From the NCBI RefSeq assembly GCF_018398935.1, contig NZ_CP074694.1, positions 6,180,001-6,212,000 of the forward strand: DNA of 32,000 nucleotides, read 5' to 3'. The position numbers were made by a program, and so were the translations under genes. Positions within the stretch are counted from its first letter, which is position 1. Each line of letters opens with the position of its first letter. Positions 17,036 through 25,874 of this stretch are shown here, piece by piece. The DNA is from Telmatocola sphagniphila (GTDB lineage: Bacteria; Planctomycetota; Planctomycetia; Gemmatales; Gemmataceae). The notes under the pieces are model-generated. The model ran no database searches. It saw nothing but the letters and a program-made list of their open reading frames with translations, and was not told the DNA's origin.

Positions 17036-18313
17036 ATGACCCGTTGTAGTTCGCGGATTCTAGGAATTGTAACCCTTACATTCGTTCTGACCCTGGGTTC
17101 CGTCATCCAGGCACAAGATGCCTCTGATGCTCAAACCAAAATCAAGAAGTTGAATCAGATTACAGGGACCGAAGCGTTCCGCACGGCACTGAAGGGGTTG
17201 CTGAAGGATGAAAAAGACTCCAAGGTGCTGGTGGCTGAGGCTGTGAAAATGGCCAAGGATAAGCCAGAAAACCTGACTTATAACTCCAGCTACCTGCTGG
17301 GATTGGCCGCCCGAAATCAGAAGGACTACCCGGCTGCACGGGCACTTCTGAAACTTTCCTGCGTCAAAGCCATCGATTTGCTCAGCGTCAATAAAGCTTT
17401 CGATTCTTATCAGAACCTCGTCGATGTTTTGATGCTGGAGAAAAAGTACGACGAAGCCGCAGACGAGATTCAGCAGTTTCTTAAACAAAAACTCAGCGAG
17501 AAGAGTGAAGAATTCGCTCAGATGGAAATTCTGATCCAGGAGCGATTGATTCAGGCGCTGGCCGCCAAGGGAAAGATTGATGAAGCTCTGAAAAAAGCCA
17601 CGGAGTTGGTCGATCGATTCAATGGCTACCCCCGGTTTCTCCGACTGAAGGCGGATGTTCTTCGCGAAGGAGAGAAATACGACGAGGCCGAAACGGCTTA
17701 CCAGCAAGCGCTGTCGACTTTGATCAAAAATAAAGCCGATGCGGACGATGAAGAATCGAGCGAGAAGAAGGATGAAATCCGTCTGACCCGCTATCTGCTC
17801 AGCGGCATTTACGTGGACATGAACAAAGTGGAGAAAGCCGCCGATCAGTTGAAGATTCTCCTCAAGGAAACTCCGGATAATCCCACTTTCAACAACGATT
17901 TGGGTTACATCTGGGCCGACCACAATCTCAATCTCGATGAATCGGAAAAGCTCGTTCGCAAGGCTATTGAAGAGCAGACCAAGATCAACAAGAAGCGGGC
18001 TGAAAACGGTCTCGAACCCCTGGATGGGGCCGCCTACCTGGATAGTCTGGGCTGGGTGCTCTTTAAGAAAAAGAAATTTCCCGAAGCCAAGAAGGAATTG
18101 CTGGAAGCCGTCAAAACTCCCGAAGGCCAGCACGTCGAAATTCTGGATCACCTGGCGGATGTGCACATGATTCTCGGCGAAAAAGCCGATGCCATCAAAG
18201 TTTGGGAGCAGGCTTTGAAGGTGGAATCGGAGACGAAACGCGACAAGAAGCGTAAGGTCGAGATCGAACAGAAGCTCAAAAAGGCCAAGGAAGCTAAAGA
18301 AGAGAAGAAATAA
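17036..18313 (+). CDS. secreted TPR-repeat protein with a Lys/Glu-rich C-terminal tail
   Basis: The ATG at 17036 is preceded by AGGGAGG at 17021-17027. Signal peptide MTRCSSRILGIVTLTFVLTLGSVIQAQD. Repeated helix pairs with TPR-like spacing (KYDEA..., KIDEAL..., NPTFNNDLGYIW). The tail reads KKRKVEIEQKLKKAKEAKEEKK. Confidence 0.75.
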   Translation: MTRCSSRILGIVTLTFVLTLGSVIQAQDASDAQTKIKKLNQITGTEAFRTALKGLLKDEKDSKVLVAEAVKMAKDKPENLTYNSSYLLGLAARNQKDYPAARALLKLSCVKAIDLLSVNKAFDSYQNLVDVLMLEKKYDEAADEIQQFLKQKLSEKSEEFAQMEILIQERLIQALAAKGKIDEALKKATELVDRFNGYPRFLRLKADVLREGEKYDEAETAYQQALSTLIKNKADADDEESSEKKDEIRLTRYLLSGIYVDMNKVEKAADQLKILLKETPDNPTFNNDLGYIWADHNLNLDESEKLVRKAIEEQTKINKKRAENGLEPLDGAAYLDSLGWVLFKKKKFPEAKKELLEAVKTPEGQHVEILDHLADVHMILGEKADAIKVWEQALKVESETKRDKKRKVEIEQKLKKAKEAKEEKK

Positions 18314-18318
18314 CGGAA

Positions 18319-19038
18319 ATGGCTTGGTCCACACTCGCGATTTCCGAAAAAGCCTTACTCATTTACGAACCCCCCATCGCCGCGCGATCGGGGGTTTTAT
18401 TTTTGCTGGATGAAAGCCCGCCGCCTTTTCTCGATCCCGACTTTCGATCATTCGTCGAAGCGAGCCCCTATCTCTGGTTCTTTGCTTTTCCCGAAAAAAG
18501 CTGGTGGTCGAGTCGGTTCGTACCGGGATTCCATCCGAATCGGACGCCCGAGGGCTTTATTCTGGGCGATTGCCTGGAGGAGTTTCGGAAACGCCTCCTG
18601 GGAGGCTCAATTCTGCTGGCCGGGGTGGGTTGCGGCGGTCAAGCCGTGCTGCGCTGCTGCTTTCAGGATCCCACGAGGTTTCCGGCCGTCGCCGTGATCG
18701 ATGCCGCGGTCGATCTTTTCGAGGTCTACGGTCAAGGGTTTACGCTGGATTCCATTTACCCGAGTCAAGAACATCTCCGGCAGCAATCCCCTTATCTCTT
18801 TCTGCAGAATTACCCCTATCCCGAATCCGTCTGGCTGGCGGTTTCGCCCGATAGCTTCTGGCATCGGGGAAACGACCGGCTACTCGAAAAATTAAAAGTT
18901 CTGGGAGTGAGCTGCGAATTAGAACTCTTTTCGGGGCTGCCGTCCGAAGCGGGCTGGTTCCAGAAGCCATTAAAGGACTCTTTTCAGAAATTTCTCGACC
19001 ATCACTTGTCTCAGCCGGCCCGGCTTCACCTCCTGTAG
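18319..19038 (+). CDS. alpha/beta-hydrolase-fold (esterase-D-like) protein, apparently lacking the nucleophile serine
   Basis: It starts 5 nt after the TPR stop. The region LLAGVGCGGQAVLRCCFQDPTRFPAVAVIDAAVD resembles the nucleophile elbow of the putative-esterase family, but reads G-V-G-C-G-G instead of G-x-S-x-G-G. The assignment is weak. Confidence 0.4.
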   Translation: MAWSTLAISEKALLIYEPPIAARSGVLFLLDESPPPFLDPDFRSFVEASPYLWFFAFPEKSWWSSRFVPGFHPNRTPEGFILGDCLEEFRKRLLGGSILLAGVGCGGQAVLRCCFQDPTRFPAVAVIDAAVDLFEVYGQGFTLDSIYPSQEHLRQQSPYLFLQNYPYPESVWLAVSPDSFWHRGNDRLLEKLKVLGVSCELELFSGLPSEAGWFQKPLKDSFQKFLDHHLSQPARLHLL

Positions 19039-19168
19039 CGATCGTACCCCGCGAACAAAAATTAGAGACTTCAAGTGTGGAATAGCTCTCTGGACTCACT
19101 ACCAATTTTGCATAGTCCAATAGTATCCTTCCTGCTTTGTCGATCCGTCTTCCGCGTTGAGAGGCGTC

Positions 19169-20314
19169 ATGAGTCAAATTGAAATTCCACCAGGGCTCGC
19201 CGACGTCCCCGTCGCAAAATCCGCCATCAGCTTCATCGATGGCCATCGAGCGATTTTGTCTTATCGGGGCATTCCTGTCGAAGTCCTGGCGAAAGAAAGC
19301 CACTACGAGGAGACGGCCTGGCTTCTGCTCAAAGGCGAACTGCCTACCCAGCGCGAGCTGGCCGATTTCACCCAGGAATTGAAAGAACGCCGGAATATCA
19401 AATACCGGCTCAAGGACCTCCTCAAGAGCTTGCCCGAAGGCGCTCACCCGATGGTGGCCCTGCAAACTTCGGTCGCCGCACTCGGAGGGTACTATCCCTG
19501 TAAGTCGGTTTCCGATGCGGCCAGCAACTGGGAAGCTTCTTTACGACTGATCGCCAGCATGCCGACGCTGGTGGCCGCCTTCGCCCGGCTCCGACACGGC
19601 GATGATGCCATCGATCCCAATCCGGATCTGGATCACGCGGGAAACTTCTATTACATGCTGACCGGGAAGGAACCTTCACCGGCCGTTCGCAAAGTGCTCG
19701 ATGCCTGCCTGATCCTGCACGCCGAGCATAACATGAACGCCTCGACGTTCTCGACGCGAGTAACGTCCTCGACTCTTTCGAGCCCGTACGCCGCGATTAG
19801 TGCGGCTGTCGGTACGCTTTCAGGGCCTCTGCACGGCGGAGCGAACGAAGAAGTCGTCGAAATGCTGGATCAAATCGGGCCGGTTTCCAATGTGAAGACC
19901 TGGCTGGATAAAAAGCGTGCCGAAAACCCCTCGTTCAAAGTCATGGGGATGGGCCACCGCGTCTACAAGGTTAAGGATCCCCGCGCGACCGTATTGCAGG
20001 ATCTGGCCGAGCACGCTTTCAGCGAAACCGGCAAGCCCCTGAAATACGAAGTGGCCCAGGCTCTCGAGAAATTGTGCGAAGGAATTTACGGCGTAAAGGG
20101 AGTTTACCCGAACGTCGACTTCTATTCCGGTGTCGTTTATCAGTCGCTGGGTATTCCGACCGATATCTTCACCCCGATTTTCGCCATCGCACGCGTGTCC
20201 GGCTGGCTGGCCCACTGGCTCGAACAATTGCAGGGGAACCGAATCTATCGACCGGAACAAACCTACGTCGGCAAAACCGATGTTGCTTATGTTCCGCTCG
20301 AAAAGAGGCCGTAA
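19169..20314 (+). CDS. gltA: citrate synthase (small type, about 380 aa; 2-methylcitrate synthase not excluded)
   Basis: Signature GMGHRVYKVKDPRA, plus LILHAEHNMNAST and NVDFYSGVVY. I prefer the ATG at 19169, preceded by GAGAGG, over the TTG at 19157. Confidence 0.9.
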   Translation: MSQIEIPPGLADVPVAKSAISFIDGHRAILSYRGIPVEVLAKESHYEETAWLLLKGELPTQRELADFTQELKERRNIKYRLKDLLKSLPEGAHPMVALQTSVAALGGYYPCKSVSDAASNWEASLRLIASMPTLVAAFARLRHGDDAIDPNPDLDHAGNFYYMLTGKEPSPAVRKVLDACLILHAEHNMNASTFSTRVTSSTLSSPYAAISAAVGTLSGPLHGGANEEVVEMLDQIGPVSNVKTWLDKKRAENPSFKVMGMGHRVYKVKDPRATVLQDLAEHAFSETGKPLKYEVAQALEKLCEGIYGVKGVYPNVDFYSGVVYQSLGIPTDIFTPIFAIARVSGWLAHWLEQLQGNRIYRPEQTYVGKTDVAYVPLEKRP

Positions 20315-20811
20315 TGATTCTGGACACTTTTCGCTCACAAATCCTTTTCGCCCGCTCCTACACGATTCGAATCCTCGACAAAATTCCGGAATCTCTTTGG
20401 TTCCAGATGCCTCAACCGGCCGTGACGCACGTCGCCTGGCAAGTCGGCCATTTGGCCATGGCTCAGTACCGCCTGGGGGTTGAGCGTATTCGGGGCATAA
20501 AACCGGAAGATGCGTCGATCATTTCCGATGAATTTATCGGACTTTTTCGCATTCAAACGGTACCTCAGGCGGAATCCCAGATTTATCCTTCGCCGTCCGA
20601 GATTCGCAAGGTTTTCGACGCAGTCCATCAATTGGTACTGAGCGAAATTCCGACCTACGCTTCGGTCGATCTGACTCAACCACCGGTGACGCCGCATTCC
20701 ATCTGTAAAACCAAGTCGGATATTCTCGTGTGGTGCTCGCACCACGAATTTCTCCACGCCGGTCAAATCGGTCTTTTGCGCAGGCTCTTCGGTGAAGCTC
20801 CAATTTGGTAG
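20314..20811 (+). CDS. DinB-family (DinB_2-like) four-helix-bundle protein
   Basis: The ATG overlaps the citrate synthase stop (TAATG at 20312-20316). His-containing motifs VTHVAWQVGHLAMAQ and HHEFLHAGQIGLLRR are present. The 80-aa ORF-track extension overlaps gltA out of frame and is rejected. Confidence 0.65.
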   Translation: MILDTFRSQILFARSYTIRILDKIPESLWFQMPQPAVTHVAWQVGHLAMAQYRLGVERIRGIKPEDASIISDEFIGLFRIQTVPQAESQIYPSPSEIRKVFDAVHQLVLSEIPTYASVDLTQPPVTPHSICKTKSDILVWCSHHEFLHAGQIGLLRRLFGEAPIW

Positions 20812-20856
20812 AATAGCTTCACGAAAATCGTGGACCTTGCGAAAGAACAGAACCCT

Positions 20857-22164
20857 ATGCTCGAAGCGTCTTTCATTCGGGATAATCTCGCGGCCGTGAA
20901 GGCCAACTGCGAAAACCGCGCCGTGACGGTGGATGTCGATCAAATCGTCAAGTTGGACGAGGATCGACGCTCACTGGCCTCGAAGACCCAGGCGATTCAG
21001 CAACGCCAGAATGAACTCTCCAAGCAGATTCCACAAACCAAAGAAAAAGCGGCCAAGGATGCCTTGATCGCCGAGGGGAAATCCCTGCGGGAGCAGGTGG
21101 CCAATCTCGACGCCCAACTGAAGCAGGCCGAGGCCGATCTGAAAGCGGCTCTGCTTCAAGTGCCGAACATGACGCACCCGGAAGCTCCGGTGGGCAAAAC
21201 CCCGGCCGATAACAAGGTCGTGAAGAAATGGGGAGAACCGAAAAAGTTCGAGTTCGTTCCCAAGGACCACGTTGCCCTGGCGGAAGCTCTGGACTTGGTG
21301 GATTTCGAGGCCGGGGCCAACGTCTCGGGCCAGAAGTTCTACTTCCTGAAGAATGAAGCGGTACTGCTGGAACTGGCACTGGTGCAGTACGCCATGCAGA
21401 CCCTCATCAAGGAAGGTTACACGCCGATCATCACGCCCGACTTGGCCCGCGTCGAGGTCTTGGAAGGCATCGGCTTTATGCCACGCGACCCGAATCCGGA
21501 AACTCGTCAGGTCTATACCATCGCCGACAGCGACTTATGCCTGATTGCCACGGCCGAGATCACGCTCGGGGGGATGCTGCGAGATCAGATTCTCGACGAA
21601 GCCACGCTACCGAAGAAATATGTCGGCCTATCGCACTGCTTCCGCACCGAAGCCGGGGCTCCAGGCCGCGATACTAAGGGACTCTATCGGGTTCACCAGT
21701 TCACCAAAGTCGAGATGTTCGCATTTAGCACTCCCGAGCAAAGCGAGTCGATTCACCAGGAAATCCTTCGTATTGAAGAGAAAATCTTCCAGGGACTCGG
21801 GATTCCCTACCACGTTCTGGACACCTGCACGGGCGATCTGGGTGGCCCGGCCTATCGCAAATATGACTTGGAAGCCTGGATGCCGTGCCGCGGCGAGTTG
21901 AAAGACGGCAAACCGACGGGAGATTACGGGGAAGTGACCTCGACTTCCAACTGTACCGATTTCCAGGCCCGTCGATTGAACATTCGCAGCAAGAAGACCG
22001 GCGAAAAGGGCACCCGAGTCGTGCACACTCTGAATGGCACGGCCGTGGCGGTCACCCGGGCGATTGTCGCTATTCTGGAAAACTACCAGCAGGCCGATGG
22101 AACCGTAGTAGTTCCGGAGGTGCTTCGTCCCTGGGTGGGTAAAGACCTGATCACGAAAAAATAA
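20857..22164 (+). CDS. serS: seryl-tRNA synthetase
   Basis: N-terminal coiled-coil arm (MLEASFIRDNLAAVKANCENR...). Class II motifs CFRTEAG and GLYRVHQFTKVEMF, and motif 3 LNGTAVAVTRAIVAILENYQ. Confidence 0.93.
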   Translation: MLEASFIRDNLAAVKANCENRAVTVDVDQIVKLDEDRRSLASKTQAIQQRQNELSKQIPQTKEKAAKDALIAEGKSLREQVANLDAQLKQAEADLKAALLQVPNMTHPEAPVGKTPADNKVVKKWGEPKKFEFVPKDHVALAEALDLVDFEAGANVSGQKFYFLKNEAVLLELALVQYAMQTLIKEGYTPIITPDLARVEVLEGIGFMPRDPNPETRQVYTIADSDLCLIATAEITLGGMLRDQILDEATLPKKYVGLSHCFRTEAGAPGRDTKGLYRVHQFTKVEMFAFSTPEQSESIHQEILRIEEKIFQGLGIPYHVLDTCTGDLGGPAYRKYDLEAWMPCRGELKDGKPTGDYGEVTSTSNCTDFQARRLNIRSKKTGEKGTRVVHTLNGTAVAVTRAIVAILENYQQADGTVVVPEVLRPWVGKDLITKK

Positions 22165-22204
22165 CAATGTCCAGTGCGCCGAACACGGTCGACGGCTATT
22201 AGCG

Positions 22205-22235
22205 ACGCATCGGAGGCTCTGCGGAGATGCGTTTT
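22205..22235 (+). terminator. candidate intrinsic terminator for serS
   Basis: ACGCATC (22205-22211) pairs with GATGCGT (22226-22232) across a 14-nt loop, followed by TTT(T)AAAAG. The U-tract is short, so this is a moderate candidate. Confidence 0.45.
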
Positions 22236-22260
22236 AAAAGTGTGGCTCAATATTGCCCTA

Positions 22261-22285
22261 CAAAATAACGCATCTGACGATGCGT
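22261..22285 (-). terminator. candidate intrinsic terminator for the transglutaminase/hydrolase gene
   Basis: The minus-strand RNA reads ACGCAUC-GUCA-GAUGCGU (22268-22274 with 22279-22285), followed by UAUUUUG. The hairpin begins about 30 nt after the stop at 22316. Confidence 0.5.
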
Positions 22286-22315
22286 CGCTAATAGGTAATG
22301 CATCGCCAAAATTCG

Positions 22316-24673
22316 CTACGGCACCGCAATTTTCAATTCCACTGTGCCTGCGAGCTGCGGATCGCCGCGCATCGCCATAGTCCGACAGAGCACTTCCAGA
22401 GAAGGCTTGGTCGGATAGGAAGTCGTTTTTCCATTCACTTCCACTTCAATGGAATCCTTCAGAGTCACCAGTCGGCTATCGAGCAGGATCGAAAATTCCT
22501 TTACTCCTTTGGCAGTGACCACAATCTTTCCCGACTCGATCTTGGCGTCGATGAATTCTTCATTCGCCGGTTTCTCGACGTAGAGCCAGTAGTGGTCGTG
22601 CAGGAAGGAATCTTTCATCTCCCAGGTCAAATGTTTGGGAGACGGTTTGCGAGTATAGGAGATCATGTCTTTGATCTTGTCGCGATCGGGCAGGCCCGAG
22701 TGCGGCCGTCCTTCCTTCAGTTCCATTTCCACCGAGTAGTCGCCGGGGTTGGCTTTCTTCAAAGCTTCGATTTCCGCCGCGAATTTTTCGCAGCGTTCGC
22801 GCCGGCCGTAAGCCGTATCCAACCCGCCGATCATATAGGTGAATCGGGTATTCCTCAGGTTCTTGGCCGAGATGGTGCCGTCGGTAGGCGCGGCCGCACT
22901 GGCATGAATAGCGGCAAAGCGATCGGGCATCTTGGGCCCGAGGTAGAAGGCTCCGTAACCGCCGTGGGAATAGCCCATGATGAATACTTTGTCGGGATCG
23001 ACTTCTTCGAAAAGCGTGAATTGTTTGATGAGATTGACGATCAGCGGGCAGACATAATCGTCGTAGAAGCCGTTCCAGGTGTCGTTAGGCGCCCGCAAAG
23101 CTACATAGAGATAACCGCCCAGATCGGGCTGGTCCTTGTAATAGATTTGCATCGTTTTCCACTGGCTATCGTTCAGTGATTTGGGAGCGTTGCCGCCGCC
23201 GTGCATGGCAATAAACAGTCCCCAGCCGTTCGCCGGTTTCTTACCCACGGTCTTCACCGTGTAGGCGCTTTGATATTTGTCGTGAGTAACAATTTTCTTT
23301 TCATGATCCGCCTTCAGGCCGTCCTGAATTGGCGAAGTCTGATACGCTTTCCAGACGGCTGCCCGCACGGCCGCTTCATTGCTCGACAGTAGTGCATTGA
23401 GCGAACTATCGAACTTCGTGGCTTTTCGGTCTTTTTCATTCGCCGCGAAGTAAGTTTGTGCGGCCTTCTCGATCTGTTGAATCTGCTCTGCCGAGAGTTT
23501 GGGGGCGTCAACGTTTCCTACGTCTTTTAAAGTCAGATCTACGATCAGCTGATCTTTCTTCTCGGTCTTGATCGTTGCTTCCACCGCGCCGGTTTCGCCC
23601 GCTAGGATGCGGTACTCATGACCGTGCGGGAGATCGAAGGTCAGCAGATCGTTGGTGTCGGCCTTCTCGTCTTTCGAAATCCCTTTCAGAATATTCTTAC
23701 CATCGGACAAATCGGTCAGCGTTACGGGAGTGGCCGCTCGCTTTTTGGGATTCTCCTGCCAGACGCGAATCATCACGCGAGTTTTGGTGGGATCCAGCGA
23801 CTTGGTGGTGTAGCGCTCGGTGACGTTTTCCGCGAAGACATCCTTGTTCGAGGGAGACCAGATCATCGGGAAGGTGGTTTTGGTCTTCTTGAAACTGGAA
23901 GCGTAAATGGCGCTCATCTTCGAATCTTTTTTGGCGAGAGCGGCATCGCCGATGAACCAGCCGCGATCGAGCCCCTGTGGATCGGCTTCGCAGGCGCCGG
24001 TGAAGTGCCAACCCTTGTCCCAGACTTCGACCCAGGTGTGGTTGCCCGGTTTGTTGGCCCACTGAGGGATGCCGACGATTCGGGCAGGAATTCCAACGCT
24101 GCGGCACCCGTCCACGAGCAGAATGGATAAACCGGAGCAGGAGGCCAAGCCAGTCGAAATGCTTTCGCTGGGGCTCTGATCGGCCTTCTTACGCTGCGTC
24201 GAATACTTGACGTTCAGTTTTTTGAACAACTGCATATTCAAAGCCTGAACGGCATCCGTTAGCGTTTTGGCTTCTTTCACCAGCGGTTCGCAGGTGGCCA
24301 TCATCTCCTTACGCCAATCTTCGCGCTTTTCGGTGATGCTGGCGTAGGGGAGCACGTCATTCAGGAAGAGCTCTTCGGGAACTTTCTTGGCCCATTCCCA
24401 TTTGTTCCGAGCCTCATAGGCCAACGCAACGTTTTCCAGAAGGAACTTGGCTTTGAGAGTGGTCAGGTCTTTGCTCGGCATGTTTGCGACCAGAAAGCCC
24501 ATGCCTTTACGCTGATCCTTAGGCACTTTGTTAAGGGCCATTTCGAGTTCAGGTCGGTTACCGCCCGCCTGGGCGAGCGCTTCATTGACATCTTCGCTCC
24601 ACCAGGGTTCTTGTTTTGCACTGGCAATGGCCGGGCTCAACAGTAGGAGGCAGCAGAGAAATAGCGGTCTCAT
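22316..24673 (-). CDS. secreted fusion protein: transglutaminase-like cysteine-protease core plus C-terminal alpha/beta-hydrolase (S9/esterase-like)
   Basis: Signal peptide MRPLFLCCLLLLSPAIASA from the ATG at 24673. Transglutaminase core GLASCSGLSILLVDGCRSVGIPARIVG followed by NHTWVEVWD. In the C-terminal half, FIAMHGGG and the nucleophile elbow FIMGYSHGGYGAF, with later Asp (GGLDTAYG) and His (EGRPHSG) candidates. Confidence 0.7.
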   Translation of the reverse strand: MRPLFLCCLLLLSPAIASAKQEPWWSEDVNEALAQAGGNRPELEMALNKVPKDQRKGMGFLVANMPSKDLTTLKAKFLLENVALAYEARNKWEWAKKVPEELFLNDVLPYASITEKREDWRKEMMATCEPLVKEAKTLTDAVQALNMQLFKKLNVKYSTQRKKADQSPSESISTGLASCSGLSILLVDGCRSVGIPARIVGIPQWANKPGNHTWVEVWDKGWHFTGACEADPQGLDRGWFIGDAALAKKDSKMSAIYASSFKKTKTTFPMIWSPSNKDVFAENVTERYTTKSLDPTKTRVMIRVWQENPKKRAATPVTLTDLSDGKNILKGISKDEKADTNDLLTFDLPHGHEYRILAGETGAVEATIKTEKKDQLIVDLTLKDVGNVDAPKLSAEQIQQIEKAAQTYFAANEKDRKATKFDSSLNALLSSNEAAVRAAVWKAYQTSPIQDGLKADHEKKIVTHDKYQSAYTVKTVGKKPANGWGLFIAMHGGGNAPKSLNDSQWKTMQIYYKDQPDLGGYLYVALRAPNDTWNGFYDDYVCPLIVNLIKQFTLFEEVDPDKVFIMGYSHGGYGAFYLGPKMPDRFAAIHASAAAPTDGTISAKNLRNTRFTYMIGGLDTAYGRRERCEKFAAEIEALKKANPGDYSVEMELKEGRPHSGLPDRDKIKDMISYTRKPSPKHLTWEMKDSFLHDHYWLYVEKPANEEFIDAKIESGKIVVTAKGVKEFSILLDSRLVTLKDSIEVEVNGKTTSYPTKPSLEVLCRTMAMRGDPQLAGTVELKIAVP

Positions 24674-24797
24674 TTCGCAACTCACGAAGGGGAACGATCG
24701 GCGGATATTTTCGTATTATAGTCGCATTCCTCGAAATTCGAATACGATACCCTCCGAACGCAATCTGCAATCGATCCATTCGCTCGGGAGTCTGCAA

Positions 24798-25874
24798 ATG
24801 CTGCGACTGTCTCTCTGCTTCCTGGCCTTAGTCCTGATGTTTTTGGGCGTCGTGCTGTGCGATGCACCGCTGTCGATCCCTCCCGACAACATCGACCCAA
24901 AAGGTTATGTGGCCTACCGGGCCAAGAAGCCGATTGTCATCGATGGCAAACTGGACGATGAAGCCTGGAAAGATGCACCTTGGAGCGACGAATTTCAGGA
25001 TATCGAAGGCACATCCAAACCGAAACCGCGTTATAAAACCCGCATGAAAATGCTTTGGGATGACGACTATCTTTACATCGCGGCGGAAATTGAAGATCCG
25101 CACGTCTGGGCCACACTCAAGCAGCACGATTCAGTGATTTTCCAGGATAACGATTTCGAAGTCTTCCTCAGTCCCGACGGCGACAGCCACAACTACGCCG
25201 AGATGGAAATGAACGCCTTTAACACCACCTGGGATTTGCTTTTAACCAAGCCGTACAAAGATGGCGGCAAGGCACTCAACGGCTGGGATGTCATCGGCCT
25301 GAAAACCGGCGTGCATGTGAATGGTACGATCAATGATTCCCGCGATCGGGATAAAGGTTGGACCGTCGAAATTGCCTGGCCGATGACGGGCCTCAAGGAA
25401 TTAAGCCGGGTTCCCGTACCGCCGCGCGATGGCGATCAGTGGCGGATTAATTTCTCCCGGGTGGAGTGGGATATCAACATCGTCGATGGCAAATACGAAA
25501 AAGTGAAAGGCAAGCCGGAGAATAACTGGGTCTGGTCACCTCAAGGAGTGATCGACATGCATCGGCCCGAACGCTGGGGCTACGTTCAATTCAGCACGGC
25601 CGCACCGGGAACGATAAAATTCAAACCCGATGCCGCACTCCCCACCAAGAATGCTTTGCACCGAATCTACTACGCTCAGCGAGAATATTACGCCAAACAT
25701 CAGAAGTACGCGGCTTCTCTTGAGGAACTGGGCGTGAAGCTGCCCGAAGGAATCACTCAGAAACCCAAATTCGAAATCACCACTAACGGCTACGAAATAC
25801 ATCTGTTGCAACCCGGCACTCCGGAGAAGACCTGGACCATCACGCAGGATGCCCGCATCTGGGCCAGCAAGTAA
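24798..25874 (+). CDS. secreted carbohydrate-binding family 9 (CBM9/DOMON-like) domain protein
   Basis: From the ATG at 24798: MLRLSLCFLALVLMFLGVVLC, then PIVIDGKLDDEAWKDAPWS, MLWDDDYLYIAAEIEDPHVWA and DNDFEVFLSPDG, blocks typical of CBM9-like domains. The 90-aa upstream extension overlaps the divergent gene and is rejected. Confidence 0.65.
   Translation: MLRLSLCFLALVLMFLGVVLCDAPLSIPPDNIDPKGYVAYRAKKPIVIDGKLDDEAWKDAPWSDEFQDIEGTSKPKPRYKTRMKMLWDDDYLYIAAEIEDPHVWATLKQHDSVIFQDNDFEVFLSPDGDSHNYAEMEMNAFNTTWDLLLTKPYKDGGKALNGWDVIGLKTGVHVNGTINDSRDRDKGWTVEIAWPMTGLKELSRVPVPPRDGDQWRINFSRVEWDINIVDGKYEKVKGKPENNWVWSPQGVIDMHRPERWGYVQFSTAAPGTIKFKPDAALPTKNALHRIYYAQREYYAKHQKYAASLEELGVKLPEGITQKPKFEITTNGYEIHLLQPGTPEKTWTITQDARIWASK

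Larger units (their letters stand above)
22196..22294. repeat. 17-bp perfect inverted repeat enclosing both terminator hairpins
   Basis: CTATTAGCGACGCATCG at 22196-22212 is the exact reverse complement of CGATGCGTCGCTAATAG at 22278-22294, with a 65-nt spacer. The 7-mer ACGCATC/GATGCGT occurs four times in the element. Confidence 0.9.

Noticed and set aside
17060-18334. 424-aa ORF on the minus strand fully overlapping the TPR gene
   Set aside because: It is the antisense mirror of a Lys/Glu-rich gene. Its product is a low-complexity Leu/Phe-rich string (FLLFFSFLGLFELLF...) with no motifs. The sense frame has a signal peptide, an SD motif and TPR periodicity, so the long antisense frame is a codon-composition artefact.
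22298-23179. 293-aa plus-strand ORF opposite the 3' half of the transglutaminase/hydrolase gene
   Set aside because: The antisense frame has no motifs, while the minus-strand frame carries the GYSHGG hydrolase elbow and a continuous 785-aa reading frame.
24528-24797. N-terminal extensions of ORF-track entries (24528, 27458, 20074, 29727, 4380, 1196, 4294, 20830, 17012, 27455, 24685)
   Set aside because: Each extension overlaps a neighbouring gene or lacks family-like sequence. In every case an internal ATG gives a canonical N-terminus (signal peptide or conserved family start), often with an SD-like motif or a stop/start overlap, so I adopted the shorter coordinates.
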